Source: a virus
Taxonomy: Duplodnaviria; Caudoviricetes
Virus record (IMG/VR): IMGVR_UViG_3300021197_000351
Coordinates: 1-55,256 of that record
Length of the DNA: 55,256 nucleotides
Reading direction: 5' to 3' (one strand)
The first letter of the stretch is position 1. Each line of letters starts with the position of its first letter. The translations under genes were made by a program, and so were the position numbers. This document shows, piece after piece, positions 19,836-29,564 of the stretch. The notes beneath the pieces were generated by a model that saw nothing but the letters and a program-made list of their open reading frames with translations, did not search any database and was not told the origin of the DNA.

Positions 19836-20377
19836 TACTTACCTCCACCACCAGATGTTTTAGTTTGTTGAGGCGCACTTCCAAGATAACCAAAGTATCT
19901 TTGTGCACTAGTATGTGGTGCATCAAGTCTTTGTTGTTCATACTGCTGCAGTGCTGAACCTGCCTCACCTAGTGCCTGTGCACCAGCTGCTGCTTCTTGC
20001 TGCCTGCGCTGTTGATATGCTAAAGATCTATCCGCCAAAGCACCCTGCATGGCCTTCTGGGCACGCGCAGAGCCAAGCTGACCGCCATAGGCTGCCTGAC
20101 CTAGACTAGATCCCATTACGTTCCTCAGCTGGCGTTCTTGGGCTGCAGCCGTATCATACATTCCAGTACCAGCCATAGCTTGTTGAGCTAGCTTAGACTG
20201 TGCATCAATTGCTTGGCGCTGGCGTGGATCTAGTTTTGCTACAATAGCCTCTGGGCCTTTACCAACTTCAGTTTCATAACGAGTTGTTACATCACCTAGT
20301 ACGCGTTTTAGATAGGGTTTAAATTCAGGATCAATACCTGATGTTGTGGTTTGTCCACCACCGCCGCCACTACTCAT
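19835..20377 (-). CDS. Putative ejection/pilot protein
   Basis: MSSGGGGGQTTTSGIDPEFKPYL start, Gln/Ala-rich helix, GGGK end. Confidence 0.6.
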   Translation of the reverse strand: MSSGGGGGQTTTSGIDPEFKPYLKRVLGDVTTRYETEVGKGPEAIVAKLDPRQRQAIDAQSKLAQQAMAGTGMYDTAAAQERQLRNVMGSSLGQAAYGGQLGSARAQKAMQGALADRSLAYQQRRQQEAAAGAQALGEAGSALQQYEQQRLDAPHTSAQRYFGYLGSAPQQTKTSGGGGK

Positions 20378-20394
20378 AGCTTTCTCCTATTAAA

Positions 20395-20868
20395 TTATTC
20401 ATAATTAATTTTCCCGTGTGCTGAGTAGTATATCTCGGCACCATACTTTAAGTTGAGCAGCTTCACATATTTTTCTGAATGCTCCTCAGCTCGGATTGAA
20501 TCTGCCCGCCATCTTAATCCACCATGTGATTTAGTATGTTGAATCATGGCATCAAATAGTTTAGTAACAGTAAAGGAGGTTGCCGCATCTTTATCTACAA
20601 TGCAATCTTTTACATCCATAGTATAATGATTATTATAATAGCTTTTGAAAGTTGATGCAATTAAAAAGCCTATTAGCTTATTATCTTTATATTCACCAAC
20701 TGCTAAATGATGTGGGCTTCCTTCTTTTTGTTTTGCTACAATATTTAAAAAGAAAGAAATCCATACGGCTTCGTTTCTTTCGTATCCGCCATATGCATTT
20801 TCTTTAGTTGACTTATCCATAAGCTGAATAGCTTCGAATACATCATTGTCCTCAATGTATTTTATCAT
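20395..20868 (-). CDS. GNAT-fold acetyltransferase-like protein
   Basis: 157 aa with LAVGEYKDNKLIGFLIA strand pattern; such genes often sit between tail and ejection genes in podoviruses. Confidence 0.5.
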   Translation of the reverse strand: MIKYIEDNDVFEAIQLMDKSTKENAYGGYERNEAVWISFFLNIVAKQKEGSPHHLAVGEYKDNKLIGFLIASTFKSYYNNHYTMDVKDCIVDKDAATSFTVTKLFDAMIQHTKSHGGLRWRADSIRAEEHSEKYVKLLNLKYGAEIYYSAHGKINYE

Positions 20869-21032
20869 TGTGCATTTACCTTTGATTGTAAATCAGCAAA
20901 GTTAGTAGACTCCCTAATATCTTTAAGCAGCTTTATGTTTTGTTGCTCAAGGTCATTTAGTAGCCTAACCATTTCAAGTAGTGTAAAATCTAAAGCGGGT
21001 TGCTCTGTAATTGGCGGATTTTGAACCGACAT
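20865..21032 (-). CDS. Small hypothetical protein (55 aa)
   Basis: Read by eye: MSVQNPPITEQPALDFTLLEMVRLLNDLEQQNIKLL...; fills the gap and is coupled on both sides. Confidence 0.65.
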   Translation of the reverse strand: MSVQNPPITEQPALDFTLLEMVRLLNDLEQQNIKLLKDIRESTNFADLQSKVNAQ

Positions 21033-24000
21033 TATTTAACACCCCCTTTCATTATACCTAATTGCATACCTGATATATTCCATGCGCGTATATTACTTCC
21101 AGTATAACTACTGCTTGTATCTGCTGCCGCATCGTCAACTCTGTAATTAAGAAATCTTCCGGTTGTACGCACGTCAGTCTTATACGAGCTGGCCACAATG
21201 AAATCATTTACAGTTAGCTTATTTGCTTTTGAACCTGACTGAGTATTATCCTCAGGTGTAGTTAGGTACGCAAGCTCACCAGGATTATTAGTAGCCCTAG
21301 CCCTAAGCTGTAGTGTAGCACGTTGTGGCTCACCACCAACAGTCGTGATTGTTCCACCGTCTGCCCACAAAGCAATACTGCTTAATGTTTCAGTATCAAA
21401 GTTTGGTGTAATAGATAGTTGCTCTCTTTCGGCATAAGATATATAAGGTGTACCACCAAAATCAAAACCTAAATCTGCTGACCTAATACGATTAAACAAT
21501 GTTCCAGATGTGTATCCACTTTCTGCAAAGATAGGGAACAACTTATTAGGGTTAGTCTGATTGCTTGACCAAGGCCTTACAATATCAAACGTAGTACTAA
21601 TAGATGTTCCTGATGTGCTTTGAGTAGGATTAGTTGTTGCTACTGTATTACCCTCTGCTGCAGCCACTAAGGCTGTAGTTGTCGGGGCAACACTAGCTGC
21701 TACTACTTGCGTAGCCGGACTAAATGCAGTTACATAGTTAGCTGTAGAGCTAAACTGGCTAGGACTAATATCAATGGTTGTAGGTGCAGATGTACTATCC
21801 GGTGTTACAATCAGTGCGTTATTAGTACTAATCTCAGCAAGTGCTGCAAGCAATGCGCTTTGAAGCGTAGCTACAGTTCCGTTAGGCTTAGCTAACTCAG
21901 TAGAGTTTTGTGTAGCATCTGGATTATAATATAATGCAAGATAAGCTGAATCACTTGAAACACCTGAATCACCATACGTACTATCATTAGCTGCTGCGGT
22001 AAAAGCAGGATCAAGAAGCCTACCTGGGCCTTCACCATAATGCCTATCAAAGATTACACTACTACCACTTGTTGTATTAATAGTAATAGTAACCCTAGTC
22101 ATTTTAGCATAAACAGGATTAACACCTTCGGTTACTGCAATATTACTTCCTGTAGAATTAGCAATAAGAGGGGACACCAATGTACCAGTTCTTGAGTCTC
22201 CTGGGGTTACAGTGTAAGCAAAGGAGCCTGTTACGTTTTTTCTATTTGCACTAGTAAAAGTAAGAACTGCATTAGAACGACTTACTGTAAAATAAGTTGT
22301 ATCAGTCCAAGCTGCTTGTAACGCGGTAGCTATTTCAACAGCTGTTATTTCTTCTACATTAGTAGGTGAACTTCCAGAGTCAGGATTAAATGCTGTTGTG
22401 CTATCAAAGTTTATTGTTACTGCGTTACCTTCAGGTGGCGTAATAGTAATACGATCTGTAGTACTATGTGCAGCCCGTCCTGCTCTTGTTTGAGCGCCTG
22501 TAAAAGTGCTATTACTAAAGCCAGAGGGTAAACTACCTGTGCTAGCTACTGTAACCGTAAAGTTATTAGCATCAATTCCAACTGCTGCAGCTGTAGCTGT
22601 AACAAGACCTGTGCCTGTAGTTGTAGACCAACCGCTATTAGCGTTTATAAGCCCGCTGACAGCTGTTACAACAGTAGCTCTGGTTTGTGTACCACTAAGT
22701 GTTGTGCTGCTTGTGGAAGCATCTGGGAACGTTACAGTAAGAACAGGTTGTGGTATACTGTTATCAACACCAGTAGTAACAACACTTACTGATGAAGTAA
22801 GGTTACCACCAAATGTTGTTTCAGCATAGCCTGTACCTTGATAATCAGTTGCAAAAGCAATTGTTAAAGCGCTATGATTACCACCATTAACCGAAGTAAA
22901 TCTTACATTGTTCCCATTAGCCGCAACACTATAGATAGCAGAAGAACTACCGCTAAAGACGCTAAGAGCAGATAGTTTAGACACCATATCGTCTCTAATC
23001 GCCGCTTGATTTGTGAGATTCTTTGTAAGAGTAATTGTCTCGTTGATTGCACCTTGTACTCCGCCTACGGCTGGTGCCGTAATAGTCATTGAAATTGCAG
23101 GACTAAGTGCTGCTGTAACTCCATAAACACCTACGCCTGTCGTTATAGAATTAGGTGATATGTTAGTTGTTGAACCACTACCAGACACTGCAAAAGTAGA
23201 CGTACTAAAGGCTCGAGGCCCAGGAACATCTGACGTAAGAGTAAGTACATTTGAAGATACAGTAGCTGTAAAATCAGCTAGCGCATTGTTTGCATTAACA
23301 TAATCTTTAATTGCAGCTACAAATTGTGACATAGTAATTGTAGCACCATCAGCATAACTAGTGCCAAGTATTGCACTCGCTGGGAAACTAACATTACCAA
23401 TACTTGCATCACCATTAATAATCGCGCTAGCTCCACCATCAAGGTGGGTAGATTTATCACGATCATAAGTAAATGTTGCTGAAGATGGATAGGTTAGTGT
23501 GCTTACTGCGTTAACAGTATTAGGCCCAGTATCACCTGTGACTGTAAGATCTACAACTTCAAGCACATCAGTAGTAAAGCTACTAAATGTACTAACAGCT
23601 ACCGTCTTAATGGCTTTAGTTCCTACTGTTTTCTTAGGCGTTTTACCATTGATAGTAACTGCTTGAGTCTCTCGTTTACCGCGGTTAGTATAGCCTGCGT
23701 TCCCGCTATTACCAGTAGCTGCAATAGTCGCAGTTGGAATGCCGCCTCCTTTAATAGGTCCCACATCACCTGCAGCAACCGCATCAAGGTCTCTAATAGT
23801 CCACGTATTGTCTCTATAATTCCAGATAAGAGCTTCATCACACTCACCTCCAGTTGAATTCAATGTTGGATAACATATCCAAATCTCTTCTTCCTGATGG
23901 TTTTGGATAGTAAATAGTTGTCTTTCATGAATTGGGTTTAAGTTATTGTAAAAGTATTGAGTAACTCTTTTACCCGACAAAGATTGAATATTACCAGGAT

Positions 24001-25288
24001 TACCTGCAAATGTATAAATATCGTTAGCCCCTACTACAAAGTGCTTACCATCATATTCAACAACGGCGCCAGTAGTAAGACAACCATATTCATCTGTATT
24101 AGGCGCAAATGAAACCGGTGCAGAAATGTTACCAGTCAAACGCATAACGTGTATACTGTCTGTACTATAAATATACATATTACCTTGTAGCGATTTCATT
24201 TCTTGAATAACATTTGTTTCAGACAGTGTAAATTCATCTGCTGTACTTACACCTGCTGCAAACGGATTCCAGTTATTTGGAACAGCGCCAGGCACAGCAA
24301 CATCAGAAGTTCGAACAACACCTGACAACCTTCTAATAATTTTAGTATTATTAGTTGCGTCAACCTCTGTAAGATCTCCCGCTACCAGCAGATCCCCAAA
24401 CGATTGTACAATACCAGCTCTTACATCTACTGGGTTTCTTGATTCAATAGTTACTTTTACAGTATCGTTAATACTGAGACCACCCATAACAACAACAGTT
24501 GTGTTTGTAGAAGTATCTGTATATATCTGAAAGTTATTACCCGATACAGTAGGGATAGTTCCAGGCAAATTACCAGGAACAAAGTTAGTTCCATTTACTG
24601 TACCTGAACCGGCAGGACTACCTGCTTGTGCATTTTTAGTGTTAGTGCCTGTTACAAGAATTTGATTAGAAGTAAAATCTACTTTTTGTCCAAGGTCAAA
24701 TACAGTACTATTACCAGCAACATACACATCATTATATACTTGCTGCTCAACTTTATAGCTATCCCATCCCGGTAGCTCTGCTAATACAATATTATTAATA
24801 TCTGTATTACCAGGAGTATCAAGTATGTAATGCGGTTTATCAATACCATTATTTAGAATAAATGCAAAGCCGCCACTAAACAAAGTATGCTGCCAACCGT
24901 ATGTTGTAAAAGCAAACCCATTTGTCATACTAGCTGGTGTAATATCTTTTTTTACGCCGGCGTGATCCTGAATATAAACCTTTTGGCCAACCGTAATACC
25001 TGCACGTATATAATCTACTACCCAAATGTAATAGCAACCATGCGGCGACTTATTAGGATTTTCCCATACAGCAAAGTATCGGACCTGACCAAACTCTTCA
25101 TTAGCTGGTACAAGGTCCTCTACAATATTATTAAGTAATAGCTCTCCCGATATTTTACGGACTGCGCCATCTTTAAACCTAACATTACGTACATTAGTAA
25201 ACACATTTGGTGCTAAGGCAACTGGAGGAGTATCAATAACTACTCCTTGTGATGCTAGATCAATAACAGAAATGGTTTGCTCTGCCAT
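21032..25288 (-). CDS. Tail nozzle / stabilisation protein with a large beta-rich insertion
   Basis: N-terminal NVRNVRFKDGAVRK and propeller-like region (EEEIWICYP...ALIWNY), C-terminal DVRTTGRFLNYR; central ~700 aa Thr/Ser/Ala-rich. Confidence 0.7.
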   Translation of the reverse strand: MAEQTISVIDLASQGVVIDTPPVALAPNVFTNVRNVRFKDGAVRKISGELLLNNIVEDLVPANEEFGQVRYFAVWENPNKSPHGCYYIWVVDYIRAGITVGQKVYIQDHAGVKKDITPASMTNGFAFTTYGWQHTLFSGGFAFILNNGIDKPHYILDTPGNTDINNIVLAELPGWDSYKVEQQVYNDVYVAGNSTVFDLGQKVDFTSNQILVTGTNTKNAQAGSPAGSGTVNGTNFVPGNLPGTIPTVSGNNFQIYTDTSTNTTVVVMGGLSINDTVKVTIESRNPVDVRAGIVQSFGDLLVAGDLTEVDATNNTKIIRRLSGVVRTSDVAVPGAVPNNWNPFAAGVSTADEFTLSETNVIQEMKSLQGNMYIYSTDSIHVMRLTGNISAPVSFAPNTDEYGCLTTGAVVEYDGKHFVVGANDIYTFAGNPGNIQSLSGKRVTQYFYNNLNPIHERQLFTIQNHQEEEIWICYPTLNSTGGECDEALIWNYRDNTWTIRDLDAVAAGDVGPIKGGGIPTATIAATGNSGNAGYTNRGKRETQAVTINGKTPKKTVGTKAIKTVAVSTFSSFTTDVLEVVDLTVTGDTGPNTVNAVSTLTYPSSATFTYDRDKSTHLDGGASAIINGDASIGNVSFPASAILGTSYADGATITMSQFVAAIKDYVNANNALADFTATVSSNVLTLTSDVPGPRAFSTSTFAVSGSGSTTNISPNSITTGVGVYGVTAALSPAISMTITAPAVGGVQGAINETITLTKNLTNQAAIRDDMVSKLSALSVFSGSSSAIYSVAANGNNVRFTSVNGGNHSALTIAFATDYQGTGYAETTFGGNLTSSVSVVTTGVDNSIPQPVLTVTFPDASTSSTTLSGTQTRATVVTAVSGLINANSGWSTTTGTGLVTATAAAVGIDANNFTVTVASTGSLPSGFSNSTFTGAQTRAGRAAHSTTDRITITPPEGNAVTINFDSTTAFNPDSGSSPTNVEEITAVEIATALQAAWTDTTYFTVSRSNAVLTFTSANRKNVTGSFAYTVTPGDSRTGTLVSPLIANSTGSNIAVTEGVNPVYAKMTRVTITINTTSGSSVIFDRHYGEGPGRLLDPAFTAAANDSTYGDSGVSSDSAYLALYYNPDATQNSTELAKPNGTVATLQSALLAALAEISTNNALIVTPDSTSAPTTIDISPSQFSSTANYVTAFSPATQVVAASVAPTTTALVAAAEGNTVATTNPTQSTSGTSISTTFDIVRPWSSNQTNPNKLFPIFAESGYTSGTLFNRIRSADLGFDFGGTPYISYAEREQLSITPNFDTETLSSIALWADGGTITTVGGEPQRATLQLRARATNNPGELAYLTTPEDNTQSGSKANKLTVNDFIVASSYKTDVRTTGRFLNYRVDDAAADTSSSYTGSNIRAWNISGMQLGIMKGGVK

Positions 25289-25311
25289 GTTACTCCTCCA
25301 TTATATTTTCG

Positions 25312-27060
25312 TTAAGAACACTCTTTCTGGCCAGTAAGCGGGTCGATAAAGCAAGCTTCAACCGTTCCCTCTTCTTCCGCCACTTCCGGAGCTTTGCTAG
25401 ATACCGCCTCTTTTTCTTCCACGGTTTCTTCAATTGTGTTAAGGATTCCGAATCGCTTACCAGATAAACGGAACGTTGTGCATCCCTTCGCCCCGCCCTT
25501 CCAGGCATCAACGTAAACTTTCTTGAAGTCTTCATATGAGACATCGTCTCCCACATTACAAGTCTTTGAACAAGCAGAATCTACATAATGCTGAGCAAGA
25601 AGCAATACAGCTAGATGATCCTGCACGGAAATCTCGTTTGCTGTTTTACCTTCTACACCATGGGCATATGCATAATCCTCCACACGCTCTACTTTCGGTC
25701 CTTCAAAAGTTTGGATTGTCCGATCATAATAGTGGCTAAACACGGGTTCAATGCCGCCTGAGACATTATCTGCCACGAGACTGATTGTTCCTGTGGGGGC
25801 AATGCTTGTAAGATGCGAGTTACGAATACCATGTTCTCGGATCTCCTTTTTAACAGATGCCGGCAAGCCACGAATAAAGTTTGATTTAAGATAGTCTTCA
25901 CGATACATCGGAAATGCACCCTTTTCAGCTGCTAGTCGCGCAGATGCTCTATAGCAATTGTCACGCAAGCAAGCGAATACCTTTTCTGCCCACACAAGAA
26001 ATTCTTGTGAGGCATAAGGCATGCCGAGCATTTCTCCGGCATTAGCCAAACCAGTGACGCCAAGTCCCATTCGGCGCTTGTTCTTTGCTTCATCGGACTG
26101 CTGTTTAAGTGGATAGATTGTTCGATCAATAATATTATCCTGCGCCCTTACTACATCTGGAATATCTTTCTTAAACTGTGTAAAGTCAAATTCGTTATCA
26201 ACAATATACTTAGTTAGATTAAATGAACCCAACAGGCATGCACCATATGCGGGAAGCGGTTGCTCACCACACGGATTAGTGGCCCGAATTTCTTCACAAT
26301 AAAATAGATTATTTAATTCAGTGATACGATCAATAAATAATACGCCAGGCTCAGCCCAATCCCAAGTGCTAAGCATGATTTTATCCCAAAGCTCTTTGGC
26401 GGATACCGTTTTGTGGTGGATTCCATCGTAGCACAATGCAAAAGAATCGTCGCTATCATTAGCTAGTGCCTCCATAAATTCATCAGTAATACCTACACTA
26501 ATATTAAAACCAGTAAGCTTATCAGAATTACGTTTAGCAATAACGAACTCCTCAATGTCTGGATGGTCCACGCGTAGTACTCCCATCTGAGCGCCGCGGC
26601 GATGGCCAGATGATGCAATGGTTTGACAAACAGAATCGAAGATACCCATAAAAGAAACCGGTCCAGACGCTTGCGAGTCCAAAGATTTAATCCTGTCTCC
26701 ACGGGGACGGATCTTGGAAAAGTCATAGCCAATCCCACCGCCTCTACGCATCGTCTCAGCAGCTTCACTGGCCTTCTCCATAATACTATTCATGCTATCT
26801 TCAATATCACCACTAACAAAACAATTGTATGCAGTAGTAATACGGTTAGATCCAATGGCAGACTGTACTCTACCAGCTGGTAGGAATCTCATGTTCCCAA
26901 GAATATCTTCTAGACTATACCGATGTTCTTGACCATCACATAGTGCACGAGCAATTCTTTTAATCTTATCAGTAAAGGTTTCCCCTTCCTGTCTATACTT
27001 CATCTGATCAATTTCTTCAGATAGCGTCATAGATGGTCCAGAATATTCGATATTGTGCAT
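25312..27060 (-). CDS. nrdJ: Class II (adenosylcobalamin-dependent) ribonucleotide reductase
   Basis: FLPAGR, NCFV, GGGIGYDFS, RRGAQM, TNPCGEQPL, RRMGLGVTG, IAPTGTIS, SKTCN; no small-subunit gene seen. Confidence 0.9.
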   Translation of the reverse strand: MHNIEYSGPSMTLSEEIDQMKYRQEGETFTDKIKRIARALCDGQEHRYSLEDILGNMRFLPAGRVQSAIGSNRITTAYNCFVSGDIEDSMNSIMEKASEAAETMRRGGGIGYDFSKIRPRGDRIKSLDSQASGPVSFMGIFDSVCQTIASSGHRRGAQMGVLRVDHPDIEEFVIAKRNSDKLTGFNISVGITDEFMEALANDSDDSFALCYDGIHHKTVSAKELWDKIMLSTWDWAEPGVLFIDRITELNNLFYCEEIRATNPCGEQPLPAYGACLLGSFNLTKYIVDNEFDFTQFKKDIPDVVRAQDNIIDRTIYPLKQQSDEAKNKRRMGLGVTGLANAGEMLGMPYASQEFLVWAEKVFACLRDNCYRASARLAAEKGAFPMYREDYLKSNFIRGLPASVKKEIREHGIRNSHLTSIAPTGTISLVADNVSGGIEPVFSHYYDRTIQTFEGPKVERVEDYAYAHGVEGKTANEISVQDHLAVLLLAQHYVDSACSKTCNVGDDVSYEDFKKVYVDAWKGGAKGCTTFRLSGKRFGILNTIEETVEEKEAVSSKAPEVAEEEGTVEACFIDPLTGQKECS

Positions 27061-27095
27061 TTTTTATTTCCTCTATAAGTTAAGTATACCTTCCT

Positions 27096-27113
27096 CTTAT
27101 AGGGGACGTTTAA
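27096..27113 (-). promoter_or_regulatory. Putative phage-RNAP (late) promoter
   Basis: TTAAACGTCCCCTATAAG on the - strand upstream of nrdJ; one of four copies of TTAAAYGTCYCCTWWAAG. Confidence 0.7.
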
Positions 27114-27114
27114 T

Positions 27115-27561
27115 TCAAATTGCTACATTTCGCATTCTTTTTACAAGGCGCTCAGCTCTATTAGTTACTTGCTGATACCAACGACTATCTACCATTTCAA
27201 CTGAAGCAGTATGCCAATCCTGTAAAGCTATAGCTGCAAGAAAGTTTTTAAAACCACTTAGCCGCGGTCGACCCATATTAAACATCATATTAGCAATAAT
27301 TAATTGGACCTCTTCGGGCAATACTTCGAAACTGGGGAGGAGCTTCTTGCATTCTTTGAGCACCACGTCGACGTCGCGAGCGAAGCATTCGTTGACTCTA
27401 TCTTCTGAGACAGCTGTTCCAACCGGCTGTCCATACTCTGGATCAGACTCCAAAACAAGATGGCCAATACCAAAAGTAGGGAGACTAAGATGATCGAGAT
27501 AGATTTCGTACTTAACTCCTTCATCAATCTTAAGCTCCTCTCTAAGCTGATTTATATTCAT
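27115..27561 (-). CDS. Endolysin, GH24/T4-type lysozyme
   Basis: LKIDEG...YLDHLSLPTFGIGH (E-D-T triad), NMMFNMG, DSRWYQQVTNRAERL. Confidence 0.92.
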   Translation of the reverse strand: MNINQLREELKIDEGVKYEIYLDHLSLPTFGIGHLVLESDPEYGQPVGTAVSEDRVNECFARDVDVVLKECKKLLPSFEVLPEEVQLIIANMMFNMGRPRLSGFKNFLAAIALQDWHTASVEMVDSRWYQQVTNRAERLVKRMRNVAI

Positions 27562-27953
27562 TTAGTTAATCCCTTTTGTTTTTCATAAGTACGTAAGCCG
27601 CCGATACCTAGCATACCACCAAGCACAGTCATAAGGCTTGTCATGTCAAACTCTGGAAGTGCTGGTATTTCTAGTCCATAAGCTGTAACTGCAAACAAAA
27701 TAATTGGTTGTAGGACAAAGTGATATGCAAAAGCTATACCGCATACCCAACCAATAAACGGGCGCCATCCACCTTTAAATATACTACCGCTAGCTGCCTC
27801 TGCTTTATTAACTTCTATCTGAGCAAGTGCTAATTGTTGAGCATGTTTCTCACCCATAGTAGCAAGCTCATGTGCTATCCTAGCTTTTTCATCAGCATCA
27901 GGTATAAACTTATCTAGTAGCCCTGTAACTGGGCCTATTAGTGCTTGAATCAT
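27558..27953 (-). CDS. Holin (GTA-type 3TM family)
   Basis: GGWRPFIGWVCG and GMLGIGGLRTYEK motifs, hydrophobic segments, adjacent to the lysozyme. Confidence 0.8.
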   Translation of the reverse strand: MIQALIGPVTGLLDKFIPDADEKARIAHELATMGEKHAQQLALAQIEVNKAEAASGSIFKGGWRPFIGWVCGIAFAYHFVLQPIILFAVTAYGLEIPALPEFDMTSLMTVLGGMLGIGGLRTYEKQKGLTK

Positions 27954-28159
27954 GTTGCTATCCCCGGTGTTTTTATTTCGTTATGTATACATTTATATGC
28001 TTGAGGTACGTGATCGGGCATTGCTTCTATTGCTTCACGCATTTCTAATGAACGCGTTACACATTGTTCTTTTGTTTCGTATGGTCCTCTAGTGTCTTCC
28101 ATTTCAAAACAATTATTAGGGTTTGATGCTAAACAAACCAATACTAATACTTCAAACAT
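27950..28159 (-). CDS. Small Cys-containing hypothetical protein
   Basis: Hydrophobic N-terminus, GPYETKEQC motif. Confidence 0.6.
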   Translation of the reverse strand: MFEVLVLVCLASNPNNCFEMEDTRGPYETKEQCVTRSLEMREAIEAMPDHVPQAYKCIHNEIKTPGIAT

Positions 28160-28170
28160 TTTGTCCTCCT

Positions 28171-28623
28171 TTAGGCTAATCCTTTAAGCCAAGTAATATA
28201 ATAGTATCCTCCAATTATAGTTGTTATCAGTGATGTAATAACTATAACTGTAGCTATAATACGTTCTTTTCTTTCAGCTTCTGCTTCAAGTGCTTTTTTT
28301 ATTTCAGCACGTTCATTTGCTATTTCAGCTTGAAGCCTTTCCCATTGTCCGGGTTTACCATAAAGTTGAAAGATAGAGCGTAGTTCATTACGCATATCTT
28401 CTAGTTTTTCTTTACGAAAATGCTTTTCAATAGCTGAATCTTCTGCTAAAGAAAACTTAGCTTTTTTCTTTCGAGCTGCACCAAATTGGAGTTCTGCTTC
28501 TCCTTGAGCATAGCGTGATACAGCATTACTCATAGAAGAAAGGTCGCGGCCCATCTCTATGCCTTTTTTAATTGCGGAATGCCCTGCAGATAAGGCGGCG
28601 AAAGCTGACACTGGGTCGATCAT
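28171..28623 (-). CDS. Hypothetical protein with C-terminal transmembrane helix
   Basis: MIDPVSAFAA start, coiled coil, hydrophobic C-terminus. Confidence 0.65.
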   Translation of the reverse strand: MIDPVSAFAALSAGHSAIKKGIEMGRDLSSMSNAVSRYAQGEAELQFGAARKKKAKFSLAEDSAIEKHFRKEKLEDMRNELRSIFQLYGKPGQWERLQAEIANERAEIKKALEAEAERKERIIATVIVITSLITTIIGGYYYITWLKGLA

Positions 28624-28624
28624 T

Positions 28625-28852
28625 CTAGTATACCCTCACATTTTCTGTGTTAATGTATTTTGGAATACAATAGGCTGTCACTCGATCCTTTGCATTGACG
28701 TAATCGTTGTATTTATAGTTACCGTATTGTTTAGAAACTCGACTGGCAAAGTAGAGGCACTCATTTATGTTATAAAAGTACATATCTCCGCTAGTCAGTT
28801 TTCTTGTTTCTCCTGTCCCCAGATACACTAAGAGCAGGAACACATGTGTCAT
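28625..28852 (-). CDS. Small hypothetical protein
   Basis: Hydrophobic N-terminus, YFYNINEC...AYCIP; coupled in the operon. Confidence 0.6.
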   Translation of the reverse strand: MTHVFLLLVYLGTGETRKLTSGDMYFYNINECLYFASRVSKQYGNYKYNDYVNAKDRVTAYCIPKYINTENVRVY

Positions 28853-29046
28853 AGCTGTGTTGTAAGCATAACAGCTAGGCCAACCATTGAAACTGTTGAT
28901 ACCATAATCATTGCTTCAAGTCGCCACATGCGTTTGTCTAGTGTGTCTAGTTTATCGTTCATCATTTGGTAACGAACAGCACACTCTTTTTCATGTGCAT
29001 CAAGTTCCATCTGGACTTTAAGTTCTGGTTCTATTGCCATCTTCAT
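28849..29046 (-). CDS. Small coiled-coil membrane protein
   Basis: AHEKECAVRY...RLEAMI followed by a hydrophobic tail. Confidence 0.6.
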   Translation of the reverse strand: MKMAIEPELKVQMELDAHEKECAVRYQMMNDKLDTLDKRMWRLEAMIMVSTVSMVGLAVMLTTQL

Positions 29047-29555
29047 TACCCTGCGATTTCCATTAGGGTAATTGTTGACTGACCTTGCCCGCTAACTTGG
29101 TGATCGTTAATACGAAGAATTCCTGAATTTGTCCTGCCGTATAACGTATAAGTTACTGCCGATGTTGTGCTGGGCGAATCCAAAAATGAAAGCGCAATAG
29201 AAGCGTCTACATGAACATTCTGGCCACCGGGGTCATAGCAAAATATAGATCTTTCAAATGTTTCAATAGAAGCCGCCGTTGCGCCACCTATTGACCTGTA
29301 AAGAGCAAAGGCATTTTCACCAGCAGATGACCCGCTGTTGCCAGCAGTAACAGTCATATTAACTAGTATTTTGTTAGAAGATGATACAGGTGTAATTGCC
29401 TTTGTAATCCCAGTGGCGTTATAGCTGGATGATGTTAGCTGTTGGTAAGTATGGTACACAAACTGCACTACCTGAAGCACACTACCACTACGAATAGGAA
29501 TCCCAGCAACCGTAACTGCGCCAAGAGACTGATTGTTTAATTTTGTGAGTGCCAT
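29046..29555 (-). CDS. Small tail/receptor-binding domain protein (type B paralog)
   Basis: GSVLQVVQ...ITPVSSSNKIL...DSPSTTSAVTY...ITLMEIAG; paralog of 30044-30580. Confidence 0.65.
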   Translation of the reverse strand: MALTKLNNQSLGAVTVAGIPIRSGSVLQVVQFVYHTYQQLTSSSYNATGITKAITPVSSSNKILVNMTVTAGNSGSSAGENAFALYRSIGGATAASIETFERSIFCYDPGGQNVHVDASIALSFLDSPSTTSAVTYTLYGRTNSGILRINDHQVSGQGQSTITLMEIAG

Positions 29556-29564
29556 GTCAATCTC

